Positions 45,792 through 54,895 of a stretch of 64,000 nucleotides of DNA are shown here, one piece after another. Made by a program: the position numbers and the translations under genes. Below the pieces are notes generated by a model that worked only from the letters and a program-made list of their open reading frames with translations, did not search any database and was not told the DNA's origin. Position 1 is the first letter of the stretch, and every line of letters begins with the position of its first letter. Source of the stretch: Candidatus Riflebacteria bacterium HGW-Riflebacteria-2 (GTDB lineage Bacteria > Muiribacteriota > Ozemobacteria > Ozemobacterales > Ozemobacteraceae); the NCBI GenBank assembly GCA_002839435.1, contig PGYA01000001.1, forward strand, positions 74,538 to 138,537, given 5' to 3'.

Positions 45792-48622
45792 GTTGTCCGC
45801 CTGATTACTACCAATGAACGGTCTTCATCGGAAGATTGCGCCGCGGCATCTTCGCCTGCCAGCTTCAGCCAGAGCGTTTTCAGCTCTGAAGAATTCACCA
45901 GACCGGGTGTTGCAACCAGCTCAGATACCAACTTTTCACGGCCGCGCAGTACCGATTCGCGATCGAAAAGCTTAAGACCGCCTGATGTAGCAAAAATGAG
46001 ACATGAGCCGGCTGCAAGAACGATTTTATGACTGCTGATCACTGGAGGCTGAGTCTCGCCGAGCAGCAATGACGAGTCAGCTGTGCTGGTAACTCCGGAA
46101 CTCGTAACGAGAAGCGGAGCATGCTGTCCGGCGTTGGCAATGTCGATGCTTCCATCGTCATTGGCAATGAGGCATAAAAAGCTGATCTGCTGCTCGTATT
46201 TTCGCTCGCACATGAAAAAATTGTTGAGTTCGAGCAGAATTTTGGCCGGGTCAGAATTGGCGGCACCAGCCATTGAGATGAACATTTTGATGCGCGCACC
46301 CATAAGGGTTGCCGGAATCGGCTTGCCGGAAATCTCGCCGATACAGAACAGCAGACGATTATCCGGCAGGGGCAAAGCTTCGATATAATCGCTGCCAAGA
46401 AATCTGCCGGGCAGAAAAAACGATTCCAGCTCGATGCTGCCGACAGCCACGCTTCCCTCGAATACCAGCTTCTTTCGTAGTGGCTGGGCATTATATATTT
46501 CCGAAAATGTATGGGCCGCCTGTTTGATTCCTGAAAAAATGCGGCCTTCCGACTCAGTTTCAGCTTTCAGAAGCTTGTCGAACTCGTGGTTTTTTATGCC
46601 TTCAAGCGCTTTTGCCAGCCTTCGCACCGAAAGGCCGAGATTGCGCGAAATGAACAGGGCTGCCAAAATGGCTGTGCAAAAAGAAAACGCCACGAACATG
46701 ACGGTAAATGAGACTATTTTGTGGTTGCTTTGCGCGATCGGCTGGAAAGGCGTCGCGCCGAGCAGAACCACGTCGCCCATGTTGCGGGCGTGAATGCCGG
46801 TAACCAGACAACGGCCAATGCCCGGCAGGTTTATAAGTCGATCGACAGTGCGTTTGAGGCGCCAGACTTCTTCGCTTAACATCAGCAGGTCTGAGTTCAG
46901 CAGCAGCTGGTCGGGCATACTAGATCGCGGGCCACCTGCGCTCATTTCGACAATCCCGAGGCGAACATCACTTTTCTTTTGCGACAGCACTGCGAGGTAA
47001 TCTTTGAAAACCCTTTCGTGGTCAAGAAAAGCAACAAGAAATCTTGTACTATACTTTTTTTGCGCATCTCTGACAAAAGAAAGATACATGCTGCGCTTAT
47101 AACCGGCCCAGTTCAACTCGATTATCCGGCCGAGATTCTTGAGGGTATTGTGCGAAAACGACCTGACATAGCTCAGATTGAAGGTTGCATCAGCCTTCTT
47201 TGGCGCTACGTTATGCAAATGGGCAACGACATTTGTCACCAGAAAGGTTGCGACTTCGCGCACAGTTTTTCTGCGCTCGGGAATCTCGGCAAATTTTTCG
47301 ACGACGACGCCGCTTTCATCCATCAAATACACGGCTTCCGCCATATCGCCAAGCTTTGCCAACAGCAGATCATTATGCGTAACCGGCTGAGATCCTCCAG
47401 CCAGGTTGCTTTTCAGGGTATTGAGGACTTCGGCAATAGCAGCATTATGCTGTACCAGCCCGAGATCGATATCTTCGAGCGCGCGCTCAATCACTCTGTG
47501 CTGCTGCCTGACGGTGTTTTGCGTAGATGTCTGCAGGTAATCGAAACACCATTGCGCAAACAATGCCAGCACCGGAATCATCGACAACAGTATGGCAACA
47601 CTCATTACCCGCCGCAATGAGACTTCCTGGCGCCGCGCCACAAAAAGATATCTGCCGACCAGTGCAGTCAGAAGCAGAAAGCTGCACTGTGCCAATATCG
47701 TTAACAGGTTCCACAGATCGAGCAGTCCCCGGTAATAGCCTTCAACCTTCAGTTTGCGGCGCAATTCGACACAGAGACCATTTTTTATATAAGCTTTTTC
47801 CTCTAGCCATCCGTTCTGCAGAAGATTTGCGGGAAAGTGTCGCTGATGGCTTTCTGCCGCAACACCTGATGAGTGGCTATCGAATGACTTTTGCGAAACC
47901 CTTTTGAGGGCAAGATGATAATAATCAGGCAAGGATGAACGAACGCTGTGAAAGACTTCCTGCAGCAGATTCTCTTCTGCCCGCCGCCCGGTTTCGACCA
48001 ATACCAGAACATTTGCAACCTGACTGCTTACAGATATACCATCGCCGGCATGCGGGAAAAGTCGCCACCAGCCTGCATGGGAAAATCGTCGGCAGCCCTT
48101 CAGTTCGATCAGGGTTTCCGGGTTGCGGCTGATTGTTGCGAGTGCCTTACGCCTGCCGAAAAAAGCAGAAGAGAGAGAGCTGCTGCGGTTTTCCGACATG
48201 CTTTCCGGTCGCATGAGTCGGGCCATGACCTGCTCAGAGACAGCAGTCTTTTCAAGAGGGAAACCTTCGACCGCAATTCTTTTGCCGGCGGCTGAATAGA
48301 ATAGAAATGACGCTTTTTTAATCAGAGGGCGGAGCAGGTCAAAAGCATATTCGCTGTCGCTCTTACGCAACAGTTCGGCGGCCTGGCGCAGGACAAAGGG
48401 GTAATAGGTCTCTGCAGCGCTGAATCTTGCGACCTTCTGAACGATCTGGGCCATCTGACCACGTTCATGGGCTTCCCAGTCCTGCATGATCTGGCTGCGT
48501 TTCTTTGCGAACCATTGCGAGATGACAAGACTCGTGGCAAAAATGAGAACGGCGACAAATAAAAGAACCACGCCCGGCCTTTTGAATACTGCATCCGGAA
48601 TTGTCGTCGAATGGGAAGACAT
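45788..48622 (-). CDS. large (944 aa) membrane sensor paralogue with a divergent, probably degenerate, C-terminal PP2C-like domain
   Basis: It overlaps the downstream gene by 4 nt and has the same overall architecture. Its motifs are 'CIGEISGKPIPATLMGA' and 'IFATSGGLKLFDRESV', in which the conserved Asp of the second PP2C motif is replaced. Confidence 0.6.
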   Translation of the reverse strand: MSSHSTTIPDAVFKRPGVVLLFVAVLIFATSLVISQWFAKKRSQIMQDWEAHERGQMAQIVQKVARFSAAETYYPFVLRQAAELLRKSDSEYAFDLLRPLIKKASFLFYSAAGKRIAVEGFPLEKTAVSEQVMARLMRPESMSENRSSSLSSAFFGRRKALATISRNPETLIELKGCRRFSHAGWWRLFPHAGDGISVSSQVANVLVLVETGRRAEENLLQEVFHSVRSSLPDYYHLALKRVSQKSFDSHSSGVAAESHQRHFPANLLQNGWLEEKAYIKNGLCVELRRKLKVEGYYRGLLDLWNLLTILAQCSFLLLTALVGRYLFVARRQEVSLRRVMSVAILLSMIPVLALFAQWCFDYLQTSTQNTVRQQHRVIERALEDIDLGLVQHNAAIAEVLNTLKSNLAGGSQPVTHNDLLLAKLGDMAEAVYLMDESGVVVEKFAEIPERRKTVREVATFLVTNVVAHLHNVAPKKADATFNLSYVRSFSHNTLKNLGRIIELNWAGYKRSMYLSFVRDAQKKYSTRFLVAFLDHERVFKDYLAVLSQKKSDVRLGIVEMSAGGPRSSMPDQLLLNSDLLMLSEEVWRLKRTVDRLINLPGIGRCLVTGIHARNMGDVVLLGATPFQPIAQSNHKIVSFTVMFVAFSFCTAILAALFISRNLGLSVRRLAKALEGIKNHEFDKLLKAETESEGRIFSGIKQAAHTFSEIYNAQPLRKKLVFEGSVAVGSIELESFFLPGRFLGSDYIEALPLPDNRLLFCIGEISGKPIPATLMGARIKMFISMAGAANSDPAKILLELNNFFMCERKYEQQISFLCLIANDDGSIDIANAGQHAPLLVTSSGVTSTADSSLLLGETQPPVISSHKIVLAAGSCLIFATSGGLKLFDRESVLRGREKLVSELVATPGLVNSSELKTLWLKLAGEDAAAQSSDEDRSLVVIRRTT

Positions 48623-48649
48623 ATATCGAATATACGCTATGTAAGTTGT

Positions 48650-48700
48650 CAGAGCAAGATGGATTCTGCGACTTCGCCTGAAGGCGACGCGCAGAATAAC
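48650..48700. repeat. second copy of the 'GCAAGATGGATTCTGCGACTTCGC' repeat, with a nested inner hairpin 'tcgcctgaaggcga'
   Basis: The sequence 'gcaagatggattctgcgacttcgcctgaaggcgacgcgcagaat' is read directly. Confidence 0.6.
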
Positions 48701-48709
48701 AAAAATGGC

Positions 48710-49651
48710 TTACCTCGGGTCAGCGGGTTTATCGAGCCGGTTGAATGAATATTTGTATGGGGCAGGACTGTTTAAGAGTGGTCTGAAGACCATCAGGCCA
48801 CCGACATGCTTGTTCTCGCGCAGGTATTGTTCAAAATCCTGATCGACGATGCGGTTGAGCTTAAACGAAGCATGGCGCAGAAATCGTTTGCCTTTCTTCT
48901 CAATAAAGAAGCCCATGTGGGTGACATCCAGGCCTTCTTTGTCGGTAACCAGTGCCACGACATCGCCTGAGAGCAGCGGCGCCTTTTTCTCAAGGGCGAC
49001 TGTGCGCGGGAAATACCACATCAACTGCGGCTTTTCGGCGATCACGAAGCGATCTTCCACGTAAAAGGTGCGGTTGTCACCGACCCGGTTCAGATAAAGC
49101 TCGCGGCTCAATGCCAGAGGATGACTGCGGGCGACATTGACCAGATAACCTTTCTGCTCGTTAACATCGCCCCAGCGCGAAGTGAAGTGGTTGCGATGAT
49201 GGTTCATCAGCGGCTGACCGCCGGCATTGTACATGATGTCTATGAGCCGGCAGAGGAACTCGTCATAATGGGCTGGCTTTGTGTTGGCGGCAAGGGCAAG
49301 CACATGTTCAACGTAGGTCATGCAGTCGAGATAAGTCAGGCTGGTTGGCAGAATCTTTACCGGCAAAGGATTGGGATTGCTTGCTTCAACCTTTTCGACA
49401 GGTTTACTCCGCTGTTTCTTGATGCGCTTTTTGGTAGCCGGGTGATAACGGCGCCCGATAAGGTATTTTGAGACGAATTCTATGCGGCGCTGTACCGGCA
49501 GATTGTGTGCGCTGGCGATCAATCGCTCAACCTCGACAGCGTCGTTCGATCGGCGCAGACCGACGACTGGCGCGGCCGCTTCCCCGGCAGCATAAAGCCC
49601 GCAAGTCAGCGCAATAAACCCAAGCATCAGCCAACCTGTATATGATTTCAT
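48710..49651 (-). CDS. secreted DUF1460-like protein, a putative Cys/His amidase or peptidase fold
   Basis: A signal peptide 'WLMLGFIALTCGLYAAGEAAA' is present. 'LTYLDCMTYVEHVLAL' and 'VTHMGFF' suggest a Cys-His dyad. Confidence 0.4.
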   Translation of the reverse strand: MKSYTGWLMLGFIALTCGLYAAGEAAAPVVGLRRSNDAVEVERLIASAHNLPVQRRIEFVSKYLIGRRYHPATKKRIKKQRSKPVEKVEASNPNPLPVKILPTSLTYLDCMTYVEHVLALAANTKPAHYDEFLCRLIDIMYNAGGQPLMNHHRNHFTSRWGDVNEQKGYLVNVARSHPLALSRELYLNRVGDNRTFYVEDRFVIAEKPQLMWYFPRTVALEKKAPLLSGDVVALVTDKEGLDVTHMGFFIEKKGKRFLRHASFKLNRIVDQDFEQYLRENKHVGGLMVFRPLLNSPAPYKYSFNRLDKPADPR

Positions 49652-49818
49652 GATCTGTATTTCCTCCGGATAACGCACCTGGCAGCATTAGCGGCATCAA
49701 CAATGCCGAACAGATTATATAAGTAAAATACCACAGCGCTGATTAATTACCAATGAATTGACAGCATGACCGTCAGGAGCTAGCATACAGAGGATACCGA
49801 CAATCTGCGGGAGGATAA

Positions 49819-50754
49819 ATGGCTGAGGGTATTCCAGAGCAGTCGCCGGACCACAAATTTGGCAGTTGCGGCAAATCGCTGGGGCTGATGCTGGTTATTG
49901 GTTTGCCGGTGTTTTTTGCGCTGCCAGCCGGGCAAACCTCGCGCTACTTTTTTGCGGCGCCTTATTATCTGCTGCCTTTCGCCGTTCTGGCGATTATTGC
50001 CATGATCGGCGAACGGATGCACAAAGCATCGGTTACGCTTACCGCCTGGGCTTCAGCTACCACGTTCTTCTGTTATGGATGTTTTGAGACAATTTACTCA
50101 TGGTTTCCCAGTGGAGCTGCGCTGCTTCCGGCTGATATACCGGCAGCCGCCTTCTGGCGAGAACTGGTAACGTACGCCGGCAACCGCGGCCTGCAGATAA
50201 TTCCGATTGCGCTGCTCGCGTTCATTATGGCGAAGTATCTTAAGGAAAACTGGCGGCACCGGCTGAAAATTGGTGATCCTTCGACAGAAACGGGCATACT
50301 CGGCGAAAAGCAGGTGATGCCCTGGAGCAAAGTCGGCATCCGCATTTTCTTTTATTTTATGCTGGTCACTGTCGGTTTTCTGGTGACAAAGGGTGTGGGC
50401 GGCTGGACAACAGGACACAGCATGGCATACGGCGCCAAACTGGCCGGTGGCGCGGCCAATTCACTCGTTGAGGAACTGCTGTTTCGAGGGCTGTTGCAGC
50501 CGGTATTCGAGATGGTTTTACCACCCGGTAGCGCGAACATTTTACAGGCTATCTTTTTCTCGGTGATTCACTACGGGTTTATTGAATCATTCAGCTTTGC
50601 CGAGGTTATTCCTGAGCTGGTCAAGCTGATAATGTATGTCGGCATCGGCCTCTTTTTAGGCCGCGCTGCCCGCGAAACCAACGGACTGCTCATACCCTGG
50701 CTGTTTCATTTCATCATCACATCGGCAATCTGGCTGACCATCGTCGCCCGCTGA
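49819..50754 (+). CDS. CPBP-family (CAAX/Abi) intramembrane metalloprotease
   Basis: The RBS is 'gggaggataaATG'. There are multiple TM segments and the signature motifs 'EELLFRGLL', 'FSVIHYGF' and a downstream His. Confidence 0.75.
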   Translation: MAEGIPEQSPDHKFGSCGKSLGLMLVIGLPVFFALPAGQTSRYFFAAPYYLLPFAVLAIIAMIGERMHKASVTLTAWASATTFFCYGCFETIYSWFPSGAALLPADIPAAAFWRELVTYAGNRGLQIIPIALLAFIMAKYLKENWRHRLKIGDPSTETGILGEKQVMPWSKVGIRIFFYFMLVTVGFLVTKGVGGWTTGHSMAYGAKLAGGAANSLVEELLFRGLLQPVFEMVLPPGSANILQAIFFSVIHYGFIESFSFAEVIPELVKLIMYVGIGLFLGRAARETNGLLIPWLFHFIITSAIWLTIVAR

Positions 50755-52332
50755 TCAGCTCCAGCGGTCAAGAAATTTGGCGAGGGTGCCTTTAGTTTTG
50801 AGTTTGATGCGCTGCCAGAGGCTCTTTGGCGGTTCGTAAAGTTTGCTGACGGCAAAGTCTTTTTCGAACAGGTCTTTGCGCACCTGCTTAACGAACTCGG
50901 GGTCTTTTGACGCGACATTCGATTCGTAGTTGTGGCGCAGCGCCATGGTATCCATGTTGCAGCTGCCTATCGAAGCAAATTTGTCATCCGCGATGAGACC
51001 CTTGCCATGCACCTTACCGAGTCCTTTTTCGCCCTCATACATGTAAATCTTGACGCCGGCCTTCTGCAGTTTGTCGAAATAAAGGCGGGTATTCGCGTCG
51101 TTGAGCGGGTTCTCGGCCGAAGCCGGGTGAACCAGACGCACATCTACCCCACGCTTTGCCGCGGCAGCAATGCGTTCGACCAGGTCTTTGTTGGTAATGT
51201 AGGGGTTAATGATGTAAAGATATTTCTGGGCCGAGTCTATCTGCTGCTTGTAATCATCATGCACGTCGTGAACGCCGCGCGGAATGTTATAGGTCATACG
51301 GGCATTCGAGGAGCCCTTTTTGGCCGGCGCCGGGAAAAAGCGGGCGCGCACGGTCGCCGCATCGTTACTGGCGAGTTTGCCGCCGTTGTAGAGATAGCTG
51401 AGGAGAAGCCCGCTCTGCATCTGGTTAACAACCGAACCCTGGCAGCGCACCATCATGTCGTGTTTCTTTTCGCGTGATTCCTGTTGCAGGGTGTAGCCGC
51501 CGACATAGCCGATCTCACCGTCGATGATGAATTTCTTGCGATGGTCAAAATGAAAGAAATCGAGCTTCTGCCCGGCCGTAGTCGCCTTGGTGAGCCGGTC
51601 ATAAAAAACAACTTTGATGCCGTTGGCCTTGTAAAAGTCGAAAAGTTTTTCTTCTTCGGTTTTCGACGTCAGGTTTTTGAAGCCGGCCATGCGGGCGCCT
51701 GAGCGGTCAGCGACGAGAATTACCTCGACACCCTCTTTTGCCTTTTCTGCAAGCAATTTAGCGAATTCCCAGCCGGTTTTGTCGGCTTCCATACCGAACA
51801 TCTGTATGGTTATGCTCTTTTTTGCTGACTTGAGATCTTTCGTCACTGACTGCCAGAAAGTCTCTCCGGTCTGCAGTTCGAGAGAGTTATCGTTAGTTTC
51901 TTTAAATGAAATATCAAGGTCTTTTTCGACGACCTTTTCGCCGCTGACAGCCTTTTGAATGGTGCGTTCGATGCCTTGCTGCGTGGTCAGCACCGAGGCC
52001 GCCTTTTCGCGCACGTATGTCTGCGTAGTTGTTGCCGGGGCTTCGGCTTTGCCGGTGAGCTGCGTCTTTACCTTGTCAGTAGCCTGGCTTGCTGTTTTTG
52101 AGAGTTTTTCGTAGGCAGTCTTAGCAGCCATGTAGGCATCACGCTTAACCCTGACCAGATTCTGGTCGGCCTGTTCGGTTACCGCATCGCGATATTCGCT
52201 CAGCGCCTGTTGCATCGTCTGATAAGCACGCTGAATATCGCCGGCCACCGCCGGTGTCATACCCGAAAACATCAAGAACCCAGAAATACCAGCTACCAGC
52301 CCAAACCGGCCAACAGTTTTTCTCATATACAA
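50755..52332 (-). CDS. secreted phospholipase D-family protein (cardiolipin-synthase-like) with two HKD motifs
   Basis: A signal peptide is present. The two HKD motifs are 'HFDHRKKFIIDGEIGYVGG' and 'HGKGLIADDKFASIGSCNMD'. The N-terminal ~130 aa are helical, rich in Ala, Lys and Gln. Confidence 0.7.
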   Translation of the reverse strand: MYMRKTVGRFGLVAGISGFLMFSGMTPAVAGDIQRAYQTMQQALSEYRDAVTEQADQNLVRVKRDAYMAAKTAYEKLSKTASQATDKVKTQLTGKAEAPATTTQTYVREKAASVLTTQQGIERTIQKAVSGEKVVEKDLDISFKETNDNSLELQTGETFWQSVTKDLKSAKKSITIQMFGMEADKTGWEFAKLLAEKAKEGVEVILVADRSGARMAGFKNLTSKTEEEKLFDFYKANGIKVVFYDRLTKATTAGQKLDFFHFDHRKKFIIDGEIGYVGGYTLQQESREKKHDMMVRCQGSVVNQMQSGLLLSYLYNGGKLASNDAATVRARFFPAPAKKGSSNARMTYNIPRGVHDVHDDYKQQIDSAQKYLYIINPYITNKDLVERIAAAAKRGVDVRLVHPASAENPLNDANTRLYFDKLQKAGVKIYMYEGEKGLGKVHGKGLIADDKFASIGSCNMDTMALRHNYESNVASKDPEFVKQVRKDLFEKDFAVSKLYEPPKSLWQRIKLKTKGTLAKFLDRWS

Positions 52333-52525
52333 CTCCCGTCTTCAGGCCTCGCAGCACCTGAATGAGCTTTATACAGCAATGCGTGTACACTATGATAATT
52401 TTATAATTATACTGACCGGACCCTAAACCCGCAAATTTTGCAGACGGGCGGGTAATTAACTTCTGACTTATTTGGGTGAGAATTGTATAATAGTCAGCAA
52501 GATTGCGCAGGCAGGAGAGCGTGGC

Positions 52526-54880
52526 ATGGAAGAAGCCTTTAAAATTACGCGGAGAGGATTTGCCGCGATAGTGATCAGTATAATGGTTTCGGCGATACTG
52601 TTTAAATTCAGATTCCCCGACATGGTGCTGTTCAATTCTTTTATCGAAGCGTTGCTGACTGATAAACTTATGGTTCGCGTGATGGTATATGCTGTTCCGG
52701 TAATGCTGGCAGTCATCGTTTTCTTCATGCCTTTTTCGGTCTTTTTTCTCTACTGGTGTTCTGCAGTGTATGCCGGCTATTATCTGCTGTCTGCGCCGGT
52801 CGAAGCGGCTATACTGCTGATGCTGTTTGCTGTTCCAACCCTGATGAACCGCTTTCAGATCGTCAGGTTTCCAGAAACGCAGATAATGCTGCCGGTAATC
52901 GGCGTGTTGTATGTATTGCTGGTTGTGCTTTCGGTCATTTTTAACAACCTCGGCATCGAAAACCTGGCCGTAAAAATATTGTTGCTGATTCCAGCCCTGC
53001 ATGTCCTTGCCATGCCGCCTGGCGACGATTCACAGAGCCGTTTTCAAAGCGAAGCCGGGCAGGTTACCAGCGGTTTGAGCTCAACCCAGAAGGCCCGCAT
53101 GAAAAGTGTCATCAGAACGAACTGGTGGGAACTGCTCCGACCACACATTGAATCGACAGCCCTCAATATCGCGGCTTTTTACGAAAAATTCAGCGCGATC
53201 AAAACCAACTTCAGTCGCGGCCGTGAAACTCCGCACACGCACACGCGCGCTCAGGACAACGCCCGCAATATGAATCTCGCCGCTCTCAAGAAACGCGACC
53301 GCGATTTCACCGACCAGGCTTTTATCAAGCGGGTTGACGCGGCTTTTACGGTAATTCAAGATGCTATTTATAACCAGCAGATCGAAAAAATTCAGGCGTT
53401 CGTTTCTGACGCCCTTTACGAGCAGTTTCGCAGTCGCATCGAAGAACAGAAAACCGCAGGTATACGATATCAATACAGCGAACTCATTCATGAGCCTTCA
53501 TCGATCGATCATGTTTACTGCGACGGCAGTTTTGACGAAATTCAGGTTCTGATCAAGGCTTCGCTCAAGGAAGCACTCACCGACAGCAAAACCGGCAAGG
53601 CGATCGGTGCCGCCAGAACCCGCAATTTTTATGAATACTGGTCGTTTATCCGCAGGCCATCAGGAAAGACCCTCAAGAAACCCGGCCTGCTGGAAGGCAG
53701 TTGTCCGAACTGCGGCGCACCGATTCAGATTGGCCAGGCCACCGTCTGCGCCGTCTGCAACTCATTTATACGTTCAGGTTATTATGACTGGGTTCTCGCC
53801 AAGATCACTCAGGGCTGCGAGTGGTCCTATTCTGATCCGACGCTGGTTCCTCTATGGCGACAGCTCAAGAGTTCCGACCCTGAATTCACCATTCATCAGA
53901 TCGAAGACCTCGCCGGCGTCATCTTCTGGAGCCTGCGCATTGTCGAGATCACGCGCAAGGTCGAACCGATCTTCAGGTTCGCCAGCAGCGAATTTGCGGC
54001 ATATCTGAGCGACGCACTCAAAACCTCGGCGAACACCAACCGACATTGGTGGGAAAACATCGCGCTCGCTTCGGTCAGCCTCAAAGGCATAGTAACCGGG
54101 CCTGAGCGCACGAAGCTTTACGTTCTTGTTGTCTGGAGCGGAATACCCGTTACCACCAATGCTGATGGCAGCATCGCAGAACGTATCAGATACAGCAAAC
54201 CGGTGCGCGACGTTATGGTTTTGAGCCGGGACAGCAAATGTCGGACAAATCAGAACAACACCCTGAGCAGCGCTCATTGCCGCAGCTGTGGCGGCGCACT
54301 CAGCTCAAGCTTTGCGACACAATGCGCTTACTGCTCTTCCACGCTTAATGACGGCAGCGAATGGCAGATCGAAAAGCTGTTAAAGGAAGACAGCCCCGAC
54401 TATGTCGAGATTCTCGAGCGCAAGTCAGAGATAGTATCAGAGCGCTTTGCCGAGAATATGGCGGTCGAAGTCGCGAAAGTAGCGGAGCAGGTAAAGATCG
54501 CAGAAACTCGCTCCGGGCGTGACATCATAACGGTAATGGCGCAGGTTCTCCTGGCAGACGGAGTTATCGACGACGCCGAAACGAAATTTATCAGGGAAAT
54601 GGCGGCAAGATATCACATGCCACCTGAAACGCTCGAGGGCGTCCTGGAAGCGGTTAAGGCCGGCGAGGTGCATTTTTTAAAACCGAAAGTAGCCAAAGAG
54701 GCCCTCGACATTCTCAAGGGTGCTGTAAGCATGGCATTTGCAGACGGTGTGCTGGCGCCCGAAGAAGAGGCCGCGCTCGAAAGCGTCGCCAAAGAACTTG
54801 GTTATTCGGCCATCGATGTAAAACGCATCGTCAAGGCCGAAGAAAAACTGCGCCGCCAGACCCGCCGGACACCGCTATAA
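52526..54880 (+). CDS. multi-domain membrane protein with N-terminal TM helices, a Tim44-like domain, two zinc ribbons and a C-terminal TerB-like domain
   Basis: The RBS is 'gcaggagagcgtggcATG'. There are about 6 TM segments. The Tim44-like region is 'FIKRVDAAFTVIQDAIYNQQIEKIQAFVSDALYEQF'. The zinc ribbons are 'CPNCGAPIQIGQATVCAVC' and 'CRSCGG...CAYC'. The C-terminal segment 'ITVMAQVLLADGVIDDAETKFIREMAARYHMPPETLEGVLEAV' is TerB-like. Confidence 0.55.
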   Translation: MEEAFKITRRGFAAIVISIMVSAILFKFRFPDMVLFNSFIEALLTDKLMVRVMVYAVPVMLAVIVFFMPFSVFFLYWCSAVYAGYYLLSAPVEAAILLMLFAVPTLMNRFQIVRFPETQIMLPVIGVLYVLLVVLSVIFNNLGIENLAVKILLLIPALHVLAMPPGDDSQSRFQSEAGQVTSGLSSTQKARMKSVIRTNWWELLRPHIESTALNIAAFYEKFSAIKTNFSRGRETPHTHTRAQDNARNMNLAALKKRDRDFTDQAFIKRVDAAFTVIQDAIYNQQIEKIQAFVSDALYEQFRSRIEEQKTAGIRYQYSELIHEPSSIDHVYCDGSFDEIQVLIKASLKEALTDSKTGKAIGAARTRNFYEYWSFIRRPSGKTLKKPGLLEGSCPNCGAPIQIGQATVCAVCNSFIRSGYYDWVLAKITQGCEWSYSDPTLVPLWRQLKSSDPEFTIHQIEDLAGVIFWSLRIVEITRKVEPIFRFASSEFAAYLSDALKTSANTNRHWWENIALASVSLKGIVTGPERTKLYVLVVWSGIPVTTNADGSIAERIRYSKPVRDVMVLSRDSKCRTNQNNTLSSAHCRSCGGALSSSFATQCAYCSSTLNDGSEWQIEKLLKEDSPDYVEILERKSEIVSERFAENMAVEVAKVAEQVKIAETRSGRDIITVMAQVLLADGVIDDAETKFIREMAARYHMPPETLEGVLEAVKAGEVHFLKPKVAKEALDILKGAVSMAFADGVLAPEEEAALESVAKELGYSAIDVKRIVKAEEKLRRQTRRTPL

Positions 54881-54895
54881 CATCTTAACCGCTGC

